DNA of 64,000 nt from Octopus sinensis (GCF_006345805.1 NC_043003.1:106826001-106890000); one strand, 5' to 3'. Counted from the stretch's first letter, positions 12,220-25,932 are shown. Made by a program: numbers and translations. The notes: a model not told the origin generated them from the sequence alone.

Positions 12220-12610
12220 GGTCTCTCTCTGCAGCTCCTCTTGATCATTCTCCGCTCCTCTTCTAAATGTGAGTAGCCATGCAGCTCTTCTGCAACAAGA
12301 AACCTGCCCTCGCTCAACCCTTCTCATATCCTCATCCCCTACCGTACAGCCAAACCCACACCATCAGGTTTTCTAGCCTTGTCAGCTGTACGGTGACCCC
12401 TCATTAGTGCCAGTAGCATGAACAAAAAGCACCCAGTCCTTGATGTAAAGTAGTCAGCATTAAGGAAGGCATCCACCCATGAAACCATACCAAAGCAGAC
12501 ACTAGGGAACAATGTGGTCCTTGGGAACCGTTGGACCCTTATCGAACTGGCTAACCTATGCCAGCATGGATCAGGGGTGTTAAATGACAACGATGATGAC
12601 GATGACAACG
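12220..12610 (+). mobile_element. Second copy of the non-RTE-body / RTE-tail family
   Basis: Homologous to 8393-8760; ends CATGGATCAGGGGTGTTAAATGACAACGATGATG. Confidence 0.55.
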
Positions 12611-13293
12611 ACGACGATAATGATGATGGTGATGAGGAGAAGAAAGATGATAAGGGGGAGGAAATGATGATGGTGGTGCTGAGGATGACGGTCATCATCA
12701 AAGATGTTCCAGCCATGGCTGCCCCATCTGTCTTCAGATATACCATATCACGTTATTCAGTATGTCATCCCTATTTTTGATGGTGGAAGTGGTGGTGGTG
12801 GTGGTGGTTGTGGAAGTGGTGGCGGTGGTGGTGGTGGTGGTGGAGGTGGTGATAGTAGTGATGTAGTGATGATGTTTCCAGCGATCGTGGTGGTAGTTGA
12901 AAAACACAGCAGCAGCAACAGCACCAACAGCAGTGGTAGCAGCACAAGCAATTTTTTTTTCCCCATTTTACTATATTTTTCTTCAGTAGTTTTTTTCTTC
13001 TTCTTCTTTTTCTTAATATCGGATGTCATTGACCTAATAAATAGAAGCACCGAACCAATGTGCAGAATTTTAACCATCATTGGTAAAAAAACTCAAAAAA
13101 TAAAAATGAGTGTAATCTCTGTAAAGTTGGAGAAAATTTGAACAAAGAAGAGCCGGGGTAGACGAGACAAGGAGACAGGGTGCAGCGGAGAGCAGAGGAT
13201 GGTCATAAATCATAGTGCAGCTGCCACAAAGAGTTGAAAGAGAAGAGAACGGTGCAATGCATCACCACCACCACCACCACCACCACCACCACC

Positions 13294-13353
<60 letters not shown>

Positions 13354-13697
13354 ATTGTTGAAGAAAAGAGACAATCTGGGTTTTTTAAGTTGGAAGCAAA
13401 GAGCACCTGTTAAGACTGTAGGTGTTTAAAAAAAGAGCTGAACTGGTAGCAGCAGCAGCAGCAGGAGCAGCAGCAGTAGTAGTAGTAGTAGTAGTAGTAG
13501 AAGACCGTGGTGGTGGTGGTGGTGGTGGTAGTAGTAGTAGTGGTGGTGGTTGATGACAAGGTAGCTGACAATGAGGGTAGCAATGGTGATGATGGTGATG
13601 GTGATGATGATGCAGTCTGCTACTACATTGACAGATGGAACAATTAATCAAAGATTACATTTGAAAATATGGCATCAATGTATGTGTTTACATGAGT

Positions 13698-13734
<37 letters not shown>

Positions 13735-13800
13735 TGTGTGTGTGCACGTGTGTGTATGGATGTATCTATGTACATATGTGTGTGTGTATGAATATATATA

Positions 13801-13843
<43 letters not shown>

Positions 13844-14855
13844 GTGTGTGTATGCATGTATCTATGTATGTGTGTGTATGGATATATATATAATGTGAGT
13901 GTATGCATGTATCTATGTATGTATGTGTATGGATATATATATATAATGTGTGTATGCATGTATTTATGTACATATGTATGTGTGTATGTGTGTGTGTGTG
14001 TATGTGTGTGTGTGTGTACATATACATATATTACTGGGGTCGATTTGTTTGACTAAATCCTTCAACATGGTGCCCCAACATGGTCACAGTCTAATGACTG
14101 ACACAAAAAAAAAGATAAAAGGTACACATGTGTGTGCACACACATACACACACACACGCATATGCACACGCACATATGTTGTATTGAAAACATGGCTATT
14201 TTCCAGAATAAATTTCTTCTTATCAAGCTTCTGCATATCTTTTCAGTTTGTTCAGAACAATAACATTTTAAAGTCATTTTTATCAACATTTCTGGCCTAT
14301 CTCAGCCTCATCATTAGGATATGGAGTCGTGTTGGCTTCAGCACTACTTAATTTGTGGTGGACAACTTATATCTATGCACTTTACTACCAGAATTTGACC
14401 TTTAGACTTTCATGTCATCAGACACATAATTTGGCTGTTAGAATTACTCATCAATCATCTGTTTATCTTGTTTAAATGTTTGTGTGTTGTTTGTGTGTTA
14501 AATTTAGCTTTGTGTTGTAATATGAGTTTTGTTTCTAGAATCAATCATCTATTTTTGTGGGAAATTCTATATTGTACAGGCATATTATCTGTTGATATGC
14601 TGTTTTTATCTTTTTTTACCCAACTTTGTTTTATGATGTGACATGTGATATGTTGTAATTGCTCTTTGTTCTTAATATATGGTTTGACTACAAAAGAAAG
14701 TTGTTTCTGTCTGATCAATGTCACAGTTAGAGTCATGAAGTTTACTACTTTCACTTTCACTCTTACAGTTAAATTTATAAATTACATACATTCGTCATTT
14801 ATAGATTGTCCTCAGGTGTATATGTTTGTGATGTGTTGTTGCTAAGGAGGTTTCT

Positions 14856-14902
<47 letters not shown>

Positions 14903-16214
14903 TATCATCATCATCATCATCATCATCATCAACATCATCATCATTTAATGTCTGTTTTCCATTTTAACATTTTTTTCTATATTTTATCAGATGATAAAGA
15001 TAAGCATCTAATTAGAATAAAATAATTTGTCAGCCAAACTCTTAATTCTCCCATCCATCCCTTCCTTTCATCTAAAACTAAAAAAATTTATAGCAATAAT
15101 ATAAACACAATATAATGCATTTTTCCAACTGTGTTTATAGTTTTAAAGTTTTTTTTTTTTTCTATAAACAGATTTTTTTCTTTTTACTGAAAAACAAACC
15201 TTAATAGGTAATTTGAAGTTATAAATGGACATTATTGTTTTCCACACGGCGTGAAATTAAGTGGCTTGGAATAAGAAATTTTTACAACCATAAAATTGAA
15301 TATTATATTGTTTATCATATTCTGCAACATTCCACAATCAAGTGTCAAGTATCATTGTTATTAATTTTTAAATCAATTTTATTGTTGTGAGGGCTGCTAT
15401 TCACTATTTCTATATGAAATGCTGTTGCTTTCATATGAGCACATGACGTTTAACACCATCCTATCATCAAGGGTTGACTGACTGCCTTGTGAGGGAAATT
15501 TAGTGGAACTGGTAAATGAAAACTGTGTGGAAGTCTACTAGAGGAACTGTTCCTGTTCTTAGGTGATAAATTTAACCATTTTGATACCTACCCATTGAGT
15601 TCTGGTTCTGATACAAACTTCAAAATTACCTAAATAAAACTTTCCATCAAAGTTTCATGCTAACCTATGCCCCCGAAACACCAGCTTAATAATGACAAAA
15701 CACCAAATATTGGTTTCTAACATTGATACAAGACCATAACTTGACAGAAGCAGTTTTAGTTTTGTCAGTCGCAGTTCTTGGCTGGTTCTCTATGTTGTTG
15801 ACTCTGGAATGGTGAAAGACAGAATTAGGTTCAGGCATGGCCGTGTGGTAAAGAAGATCATTTTGCAACTGCATGGTTCTGGATTCAGTCCCACAGCACA
15901 GCACCTCAGGTGCACATCATCTACTATAGTTCTGGGCCAACCAACACCTCATAAGTGAATTTCTTGACAGAACCCTGTTGCACATATTTATATATGTGTA
16001 TATATGTGTATGTCTTTGTGTTTGTCTCTCATCACCTTTGCTTGACAACTTGTGTTCCCTTGTTCACATCCCTGTAACTTAGGGGCTCAGTAAAAAGAAA
16101 AAAGATCAAATGAAATAAGTCCTAGAGTTGATTTGTTTGACTAAAATCATTCAAATATGGCCACAGTCCAAAACCTTAAACAAGTAAAACGTAAGAGGTG
16201 TACAATTTTTTGTT

Positions 16215-16620
16215 TACTCTTTTACTCTTTTACTTGTTTCAGTCATTTGACTGCAGCCATGCTGGAGCACTGCCTTTAGTCGAGCAAATCGACCCCGGGA
16301 CTTATTCTTTGTAAGCCCAGTACTTATTCTATCGGTCTCTTTTGCCAAACCGCTAAGTGACGGGGATGTAAACACACCAGCATCGACTGTCAAGCAATGC
16401 CAGGGGGACAAACACAGACACACAAACACACACATACATATATATACATATACATATATACGACAGGCTTCTTTCAGTTTCCGTCTACCAAATCCACTCA
16501 CAAGGCATTGGTCAACCTGGGGCTATAGCAGAAGACACTTGCCCAAGATGCCACGCAGTGGGACTGAACCCGGAACCATGTGGCTGGTTAGCAAGCTACT
16601 TACCACACAGCCACTCCTGT
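16215..16620 (-). mobile_element. Young SINE-I
   Basis: Homology to other copies. Confidence 0.92.
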
Positions 16621-17735
16621 TTGTTTAATATTTGAAAGTTTAATTCCAATCAACTGTGCTTCTGCGACTAAATTCTGATTTCTAATATAAGACTTGGGAG
16701 AAAGATACAGGGGATTATATCAGTCTTTGTAAGGATGGAAAGCAGATTTGAACTCACAACCTAAAGATACACAACTAAATAACACAAAGAATAAGTCTGG
16801 CAATCAACTCTGAGGTAAATCCTTCTGCTTTACGGCTATAATGTAAAATATTTTTCTTTCTAATTTTGACAGAATTTTAAGGGGAGGGGGTAGGGGTAGA
16901 GGTAAATCAATTTCATCGATTCTAGTACTTGACCCCTACTATCGTAAAAAAGGTTCAACACATTTGATAATTCTTTCTAATTTTGGCATAAGGTCAGCAA
17001 TTTTGAGTGGGTGGGGACTGCAAGTTGGATTACATTAACCTCAGTCCTCAGCTTGTACTTTACTTTATCCACCCCAAAAAGATAAAAGGCACCATTAACC
17101 TTGGGGAGATTTGAACACTGGAAGAAATGCTGCTAATATTGGTTTCAAATGTTGGCACAAGGCCAGTAAGGTCAAGGGAGGGGGCTAAGTCGATTGCATC
17201 AACCTCAGAACTCAAATGGTACTTATTTTATCGACCCTAAAAGGATGAAAGGCAAAGTCGACTTCAGCAGAATTTGAACTCAGGACATTCAGAAATGCCA
17301 TTATGCATTTTGCCCAGTGTGTTAACAATTCAGCCAGCTCACTGCCTTATACTACATCATCATCATCATCATCATCATCACCATTAACCCCACCACCACC
17401 ACCACCACCATCATCACCATCATCATCATCACCATCATTTAACGTTTGTTGCCCATGCTGTCATGGGTTGGACAGCTTGACTGGGCTGGCACGCTGGAAG
17501 GCTGCACCAGACTCCAGTCTGATTTGGCATGGTTTTCTACGGCTGGATGCCCTTCCTAACACCAACCACTCTGAGAGTGTAACGAGTGCTTTTACATGTC
17601 ACCAGCATGACACCGGGGTGTGTTTATGTGCCATTTATATAAAAAATACCAGTAATTATTAAAATACAAAGTGTAGAGCATATAAAGTAGGATAGTCTCT
17701 TACAGCTATTTATAACTTAACCTTATGAACTTTCT

Positions 17736-17865
17736 AAACTCTCTGATGAAGCCCAAAGACACACCCAAGCACCTTAATCTTATCTACCAAATACTTCAGT
17801 TCACTGAAGGGATGGAAATAGAGTTGGGTACTAAGGCTTCTTGGCTGAAACAGCTGTAAGAGATT
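17736..17865 (+). ncRNA. Candidate type I hammerhead ribozyme (Penelope-type, palindromic stem III)
   Basis: CTGATGA 17743-17749; stem II AGCC/GGCT; GAAA 17847-17850; palindrome ACAGCTGT 17850-17857; cleavage triplet GUA 17856-17858; stem I CTCT 17739-17742 pairs with AGAG 17859-17862. Confidence 0.7.
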
Positions 17866-17921
17866 GCTAGCATGGAAAAAGGATGTTAAATGATGATGAT
17901 GATGATGATGATGATGATATA

Positions 17922-17974
<53 letters not shown>

Positions 17975-17981
17975 ATGTGTG

Positions 17982-18031
<50 letters not shown>

Positions 18032-18104
18032 ATATATATATCTGTCTCTCTATCTGCCTATCTATCTATCTATCTATCTATCTATCTGTCTGTCTGTCTA
18101 TCTA

Positions 18105-18141
<37 letters not shown>

Positions 18142-19360
18142 ATATGTAAATATATATATATATGTCTTTTTCTCCCTCTCTTTCTCTCTCTCTCCCTCTC
18201 ACTCACTCTACATATGAGTATATGTGTGTGTATGAGTGTGTGTGTGTGTGTAACTATTATATATGTGTCCTTGTGTCTGTGTTTCCCACACCCCACCCGA
18301 CTGCTTGACAACCAGTGTTGGTTTGTTTGCATCTTCATAACTTGGTTAAGTAAAACTAGAATGATTACCAGACTTAAAACACACAGACACACACAGACAT
18401 ACACACACACAAGTACTGGAATAGATTTGTTCACCTAGAAAGCCCTTCAAGGCAGAGCCCCAGCTGGGCTGCAGTCAAATGACTGAAAGAAATAAAAGAT
18501 ACAAAAGGCTTCTACACAGTTTCCATCAACCAAATTCCACTCATTTAATGTTGGTTAACCTGAGATTATTGAAAAAGATATTTTGCCCAAAGTGGTGTGC
18601 AGTGAGATTGAACCTGCAACAGCATGGCTGTGGAATGAGCCTATTAACCACACAACCATGCCTTTGATTATAACGTCTGCTTGATCAGAACATGTCTGGG
18701 GTTAATCAACAACAGCTAATTTTATTATTGAAACCATGGAGCATGACAGATCATGTGACTCAGGGAGGAACTGCCATGTGGCTCAGTCGTTCAATAGTTT
18801 GCCATCATGCACTGGAAACCTGTTTGATGGAGTTCAACTTCAGTCTCTTCCTCATTCCTTTGTGCCTAATAAGTACCAGATGCCAACGAGGATTGAGTGT
18901 ATCACGGTTGTAGATTACCAGTAAATATTTCAAAGGAGTCAACCCTTGAAATCATCAGTTTTTGTGTTCATTGATGCGTGAACAGACTCTGGCTGCTTTC
19001 ACATTCTCTCTTTCTCTACTTGTTGGCTAATTCTCTTATCCATTGATGCAAAAAGATGGGGAGTTAAGCCTATTGACTCATTACACCAGGGCTACACCAG
19101 ATAAAGCTAAACAACATGTACATATATATATGTGTGTGTGTGTGTGTGTGTTGATACATGTATATATATCATCATATCACCATCATCATCATCATCATCA
19201 TCATCATTTAATGTCAGTTTATGTATGTACATGCATGTGTGTATACACATTTGTACACACATGCACAGAAATATATATAGGCATTTATATATACATATAC
19301 ATATAATATATATATATATATATTATATATATATTATATATATATATGTATATATATATG

Positions 19361-19420
<60 letters not shown>

Positions 19421-19493
19421 AGTATATATATGTATATATATGTGTGTGTGTATATATATATATATATACACACACACATATATATATACATAC

Positions 19494-19568
<75 letters not shown>

Positions 19569-19834
19569 GTCTGCTTGGTTTCAGCTTACAAAAGCATTAT
19601 TTCTCTTATTTTGCTACTACATTTTTGCTAAGAATCTCTCTACACTGTTGAAAATTGTATATACACTCTTCTCTCCCCCTGTAGTGGGACACTGTGTTTG
19701 CAGAATGCTAGTCTCTCTCTCTCTCTCTCTCTCTTCCCCTCTCTCTTTCTCCCTCTCCCTCCCTCTCCCCCTCTTCTGGGTCTTCTTCTGCTACTTCAAT
19801 TAAAAATTCACCAGAGTGAATATATCTGCACGAG

Positions 19835-20110
19835 GCCTCGTGGCCTAGTGGCTAGACTTGTTGCACTCACAATTGTGAGATCGTGGGTTCAATTCCCCGA
19901 CTGTGTTCTTCAGCAAGACACCTCATTTCACTCAGTCCACCCAGCTGTAAACAAGTGATCCTGTGATGGACAAGCCTTATGATCAGGAGGAATGTTGGCC
20001 AGCTCACCTATCCAGTGGCATAGCATCATTTGAAAGCTAAAGAAACAATAGAAAGTGCACTGTGACCAGTGATGTATAACAACATCTGATAGTCTGGTTG
20101 GTTATGTTAT
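19835..20110 (+). mobile_element. tRNA-derived SINE, third family
   Basis: GTGGCCTAGTGG A box and GGGTTCAATTCCC B box followed by a non-tRNA body; head similar to 33305-33600. Confidence 0.75.
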
Positions 20111-20479
20111 CATATGATCTACCATTTTAGCATCCACAGCTCCTGTGCATGACATATTTTTCACTACATTTTCTCAGGGGTCACATACCAAGATATCTGC
20201 TAAGGGGAATTATTATTACTTTCATCATATTACTCTTCTGGGGTCAGTAAAATGAAATAGATGCCAGTCAAACATTGGGGTCAATGTAATTGACTCCCCC
20301 TCCCCTCAAAAACTGCTGCCCTGTGCCAAAATTTGAAACCATTCTTACTGTTTTTGTTATTATGTAGTAAAGCATCTCTGAAGGGGCCAAAATGAAGTTC
20401 CTCTGAAGAATCTCTGGAATAATGTTATTCAACGGAGAGTGTATAGCTCAAAGATCAAGGAGTCTTTCCAGGCCAGGTT

Positions 20480-20625
20480 GTTATTTCTCTACAACGAGAG
20501 GTCAATGCTCTGATACTATGGACATGTGATTAGAATGTCGCAGGAAAGAATCACAAGACGGATTCCTGAAGCCAAACCAACCAGCAGGAGACCCAGGGAT
20601 AAGCCAAGAGCTTCTGTTCCAACTC
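20480..20625 (+). mobile_element. RTE-like C-terminal fragment
   Basis: YYGHVIRMSQERITRRIPEAKPTSRRPRDKPR. Confidence 0.65.
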
Positions 20626-20667
20626 AGTGGAACCCCACACAATGTTCAATATTTGGTGCAAGATTTT

Positions 20668-20888
20668 TACTCTTTACTCTTTACTCTTTTACTTGTTTCA
20701 GTCATTTGACTGCAGCCATGCTGAAGCACCGCCTTTAGTCGAGCAAATCGACCCCAGGACTTATTCTTTGTAAGCCCAGTACTTATTCTATCGGTCTCTT
20801 TTGCCAAACCGCTAAGTGATGGGGACGTAAACACACCAGCATCGGTTGTCAAGCAATGCTAGGGGTACAAACACAGACACACAAACAT

Positions 20889-20939
<51 letters not shown>

Positions 20940-21105
20940 TACGACAGGCTGCTTTCAGTTTCCGTCTACCAAATCCACTCACAAGGCATTGGTCGGCCCG
21001 GGGCTATAGCAGAAGACACTTGCCCAAGATGCCACGCAGTGGGACTGAACCCGGAACCATGTGGTTGGTAAGCAAGCTACTTACCACGCAGCCACTCCTG
21101 CGCCT
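20668..21105 (-). mobile_element. Young SINE-I
   Basis: Homology to other copies. Confidence 0.92.
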
Positions 21106-21772
21106 ATTTTCTCTCTTTTCTATTCATTTCTCTGCCCTTCTCCTCTCTTTTCTTGTTCACAAAACCTTCCCCATCTATTTCTATCTGTCTCTCTACCTAT
21201 CTGCTGCCTTTCTCTCTACCTTCCATTTCTTCCTCTCTCCATCTCTCCCAACTACCTACTCTCTATCTTTATTCCCTTTTTTCTTCGCACTCCCTCTTTC
21301 TTCCTACTTGCTCTTCCCCAACCTTCTCTATTCCACTCTGTCTCTCTTTCTTCACTTTTTGGTACCAAAAGACCATCCAAATTTTTATCACACACCTTTT
21401 TTCTACTTGACCAACGCTTAGGTAAGACATGTATTTTGTTTCATCTCCTGCCTCGCATTCACTTCAGACTCCCAGTTTCCCTTTTCCCATTTCATTCTTT
21501 TCTTTCCTTCTATCTTTCTTCTCTTCTATCCCATCTTTCTATCCTTCTCCTGAGAATTTTCATCGTACTTTTGGAACACAAGCACCATTATTTTCTTCTT
21601 TTTCGTTAGTTTTCCTCATGTAGTGCCCCACATTTTGAAATACTTGCAATTTGTATTTTTACTGCTTATGTTTTCTCCGCTTGATATATTTCTGAAATTA
21701 AACATTTTGATATGCAAAATGTATTTCACATTATTACATATACTATACGTTAATGCAAAAAAATATTGTGTT

Positions 21773-21995
21773 TACTCTTTTACTCTTTTACATGTTTCAG
21801 TCATTTGACTGCAGCCATGCTGGAGCACTGCCTTTAATCGAGCAACTCAAACTGGGACTTATTCTTTTGTAAGCCCAGTACTTATTCTATCGGTCTCTTT
21901 TGCCGAACCGCTAAGTAACGGGGACATGAACACACCAGCATCGGTTGTCAAGCAATGCTAGGGGGACAAACACAGACACACAAACACACACACGC

Positions 21996-22028
<33 letters not shown>

Positions 22029-22194
22029 TACAACGGGCTTCTTTCAGTTTCCATCTACCAAATCCACTCACAAGGCATTGGTCAGCCCGAGGCTATAGTA
22101 GAAGACACTTGCCCAAGGTGCTGCACAGTGGGACTGAACCTGGAACCATATGGTTGGTAAACAAGCTACTTACCACACAGCCACTCCTGCACCT
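21773..22194 (-). mobile_element. Young SINE-I
   Basis: Homology to other copies. Confidence 0.92.
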
Positions 22195-22649
22195 TGTTTA
22201 TTGACTATCTTCAAAATTATTACATCATCAATGGAAAGTTCAATGCCAACTTGCTAAGGCAGTTATGAAAGGCTATCAAGACCAAACACCCAGAAAAAAC
22301 TGATGGATGGGGTCTTGATTCATTAGGACAATGCTTCAGTACACAACTCCTTGGTTTCAATGGTTGCTGAGCGTGACAGGCTTTGAACTGGTTGATTACC
22401 CCTCCCTCTGTCAGTGATTTGGTTCCATCTGGTTATCTTCTGTTTTCCAACATAGAAAAACACTCGGCTGGACACCAGCATCACTGTGATGATGACGTCT
22501 TATCTGCTGTTGATGACCATTTTGACCAACATTACTTATGGAAGTGTGTGGACAATAAGAGAGGAACCACATTAAAAAATGAACTTCATTTGGTCACATT
22601 CCATGAGAGTGTCTTGCTCAGCCTATCAACATTTCAGCCATCCCTCATA
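22195..22649 (+). mobile_element. Decayed mariner transposon, 3' half
   Basis: Fragments KAIKTKHPEK, LIH*DNASVHNS, DLVPSGYLLFSNIEKH, DDDVLSAV, WKCVD; mariner-like terminus CAGCCATCCCTCATA. Confidence 0.8.
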
Positions 22650-23430
22650 ATGTCTGTCCTTGTTTGTCCCCTCTGTGTTTAGCCCCTTGTGGGTAGTAAC
22701 GAAATAGGTATTTCGTCTGCCACTACGTTCTGAGTTCAAATTCCGCCGAGGTCGACTTTGCCTTTCATCCTTTCGGGGTCGATAAATTGTGTGACCAACA
22801 GGATAGCTTCTTCACCACTGCAATCCAAGCACTTCAATTACTTAATACATAATAATAAAAAATATTATTATTATACCCGCATTTGCTTTAATGTTAACAT
22901 TGAAAAAAATCCGTATTTTCCATTAAAAAATTTGTGTCAGGGTTTGCACCCCCTAAGTAAATTTTGTTGCTGGGCCACTGTATCCCTGAGTGTTAGACAT
23001 ATGGAGTTCAAAAAGTGCACAAGGCTGAAGGCAAGACCATCATAGCTATTTTGTGGAGCAGAGGGGATGACCATGGTACATTGAATAAACAGACGGAATC
23101 AATATTTTTGGAGTTTTGTGAAAAAGAAAAAAATTATGTCCATCTTCATCTGTGAGATAAAAATTGAAACTGTGTTGTTATGAATCAAACCTTCTGTCCA
23201 CATAACCATTCTTGTCTCTATGTTTTATCTACATACACACGTTTGTATACAGCAATTGATGTTTGTATAAGATTACTTAAACAAACGTAAGGGTAATGTA
23301 GTGAAAGATGGACACAGCAGCTTCTTTATTAATTGGAATTTTCTGTCTTGGTTGGAGAAAGGAAATAAAACATTTGTAGGTGGGTGTACCTGTGTCACAC
23401 TTTATCCTTTTTATAAATATGTGTGTGTGC

Positions 23431-23461
<31 letters not shown>

Positions 23462-23660
23462 TGTGTGTGTGTGTGTGTGTGTGTGCGGGGGCACACGTGT
23501 GTGTGTGTGTGTGTGTGTGTGCGGGGGCACACGTGTGTGTGTGTGGGGGGGGCACACGCGTGTGTGTATGTGTGTGTGTGTGCGGGGGCACACGTGTGTG
23601 TGTATGTGTGTGCATGTGTGTATGTGTGTGCATGTGTGTGTGTGCGGGGGCACACGTGTG

Positions 23661-23693
<33 letters not shown>

Positions 23694-24314
23694 GCACATG
23701 TGTGTGTTTCCACATTTACATGAACGTTTGCATATACATATATGTGTAGCTATGTTTATATTTATGTATGCAGGTATGTGTGTATGTGAATGTGTGCATG
23801 TGAATGTGTGTATGTAGGTTTGTATGCGTACATATACCTATGTATATATGTATGTATATGCGTAAGAATGTGTGTGTGTGTGTGTGTATGCAGGTGTTTT
23901 CCATTGAGATTATCTCAGTTGAAGCTGGTCACTGACAATGTAAGGTTTTTTTTTTTTTGGTTGGAGTCCATATTTGTGAATACATGAGTGGGTGTATATA
24001 TACCCACAAATATACACATGTGAGTAAATGTAAGCTTATATTTATGGGTGTGTGTGTGTTGGTGTATTTGTTTGGATGTTATTAGTGTTTGTATCATTTT
24101 CGTAGACGAACCATGGAAAACAGACATTACATGGAAATGATGATGGTGTGTGTGTGTGTGTGTGTGTATTAATGTTTGGGTTTATGCTGAGTTATAAAAA
24201 AAACGATTTAACACTGAACTGTAATATTCTTGAATAATTTTTTTTTGAAGATTACATATTATTCCTTAATAAGAAACTGTGAAGTCATTGCCACCACTCT
24301 CCTTCAAAAGTCTG

Positions 24315-24348
<34 letters not shown>

Positions 24349-24424
24349 GTATATTATATATATATGTATATGATATATATATGTATATATATATATATAT
24401 GATGATGATGATGATGATGATGTA

Positions 24425-25608
24425 CAGGATGCATAAAATATTTGAGGATATATTTATGTTTATAAAAAAACAGATGTATAATAACAGATAATAGCTTTAT
24501 TTATCAAAAAATGCTATGAGGATAAAAATAAATCTTCTTTTCTGTAATGTTATTCAATAAAGCCACCTTCAACTTCAATAACTACTTCTATATGAGATCT
24601 AAATCATCTACATGCTCAAATCAAGTGGTCCTGGTTCATTTTGGACATTACTCTGACTATGGCAGCTTTCAAAGAATCTTTGATGTTATGGGCATGTTCA
24701 TTGACCTCTCTCTCAATAACACTCCACATGTAATAGTCCAATGGATTGGGATCTGGGGAATTAGGAGGCCAAATGCTAGGGGTCATGCGATCATGAAAAT
24801 TTTCAACCATCCATTCCTGTATTACTAGAACCATGTGCGATAGTGCAGAGTCTTACTGAAACACACATGGCCTTCCATTGCATACACTGTCTATCCAGGG
24901 CTTAACAATTATTTTCAGGACCTCAATGTAGGTGGCAGAGTTAACTCTAAGGCCTTGTGGAAAGAAGTAAGGAGGCATCACATGTCCTTCATTGCTGACA
25001 ACCCCTAAAACCATGACAGTTGCAGGAAATTTTGTATGCATAACACTTGGAACTTCAGAAGGGTCTGCACATAATCATCTGTCATTTCTTCTGTTAACTT
25101 TTTTATCTTGGTTAAGTTTTTCTCATTTGAGAAAAACCAATTCAAATCTGAATTTTTCAGTTCATTTAAGAGCCTTTTAGATCTGATGTGATTTTCTTTT
25201 GCTTTTCTGACAAACTGACCTTTCCTCATCACATTTCTGACTGTTCCTTCTGACACATGGAGATTTTTTGCAATTGACCTCATAGACTTTCTGGGATTGT
25301 AATCAATGGTCTGTTGAACTTGCCAGATAAATTCGGGTGTTCTGATGATTTCAGAGCATTAAGAATGCTTTTTATGCCTTGGTGATACATTTCTATCTTC
25401 AGTCTCTAGCTCCTTACAAACTTTGTAGATAAAAATCGAAATATTTCTAAATCGCTATGCTCAGACTTTATAACTGCAATAACAGAATGCTTCTTCATTT
25501 CTTGAGTAAGCTGAGGGTCTGGCATTATTATTTTCTGAAACAAAGATTATACAGAGCTATCAAAAAATGCAGCAATGACCCAAAAAAGGTATGTCCTCAA
25601 ATATCTTA
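24425..25608 (-). mobile_element. Near-full-length decayed DD37D (maT-type) Tc1/mariner transposon
   Basis: CVFQ*DSALSH...WPPNSPDPNPLDY with 37 residues between the last two Asp; imperfect TIRs (AAATATTTGAGGATAT vs ATGTCCTCAAATATCT); TA at 24423-24424. Confidence 0.88.
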
Positions 25609-25875
25609 TATATATATATATATATAATGGCTTATTTTAGTTTCACTCTACTAAATCCACTCCCAAGGTGCCACATAGTGAGACTGAACCCGGGACCTTG
25701 TAGTTGGGAAGCAGTCTTCTCACCACACAACCATGCCTGCATCTACATATATACATATAATATGTGTGTGTGTGTGTGTGTGCGTGTGTGTGTGTGTGTG
25801 TTTGCATTTCCAGATTCAGTGTCCCGATCCAAATGTAAGCAATTCCAAACCAAAACAAAACACTTCTATTAGAGA

Positions 25876-25932
<57 letters not shown>

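Noticed and set aside
14408-14424. CTGATGA...GAAA on minus strand as a hammerhead
   Set aside because: Only 3 nt between the boxes; no stem II or stems I/III.
18692-18924. Short ORFs in non-repeat-looking DNA
   Set aside because: No domain signature or splice-site pair.
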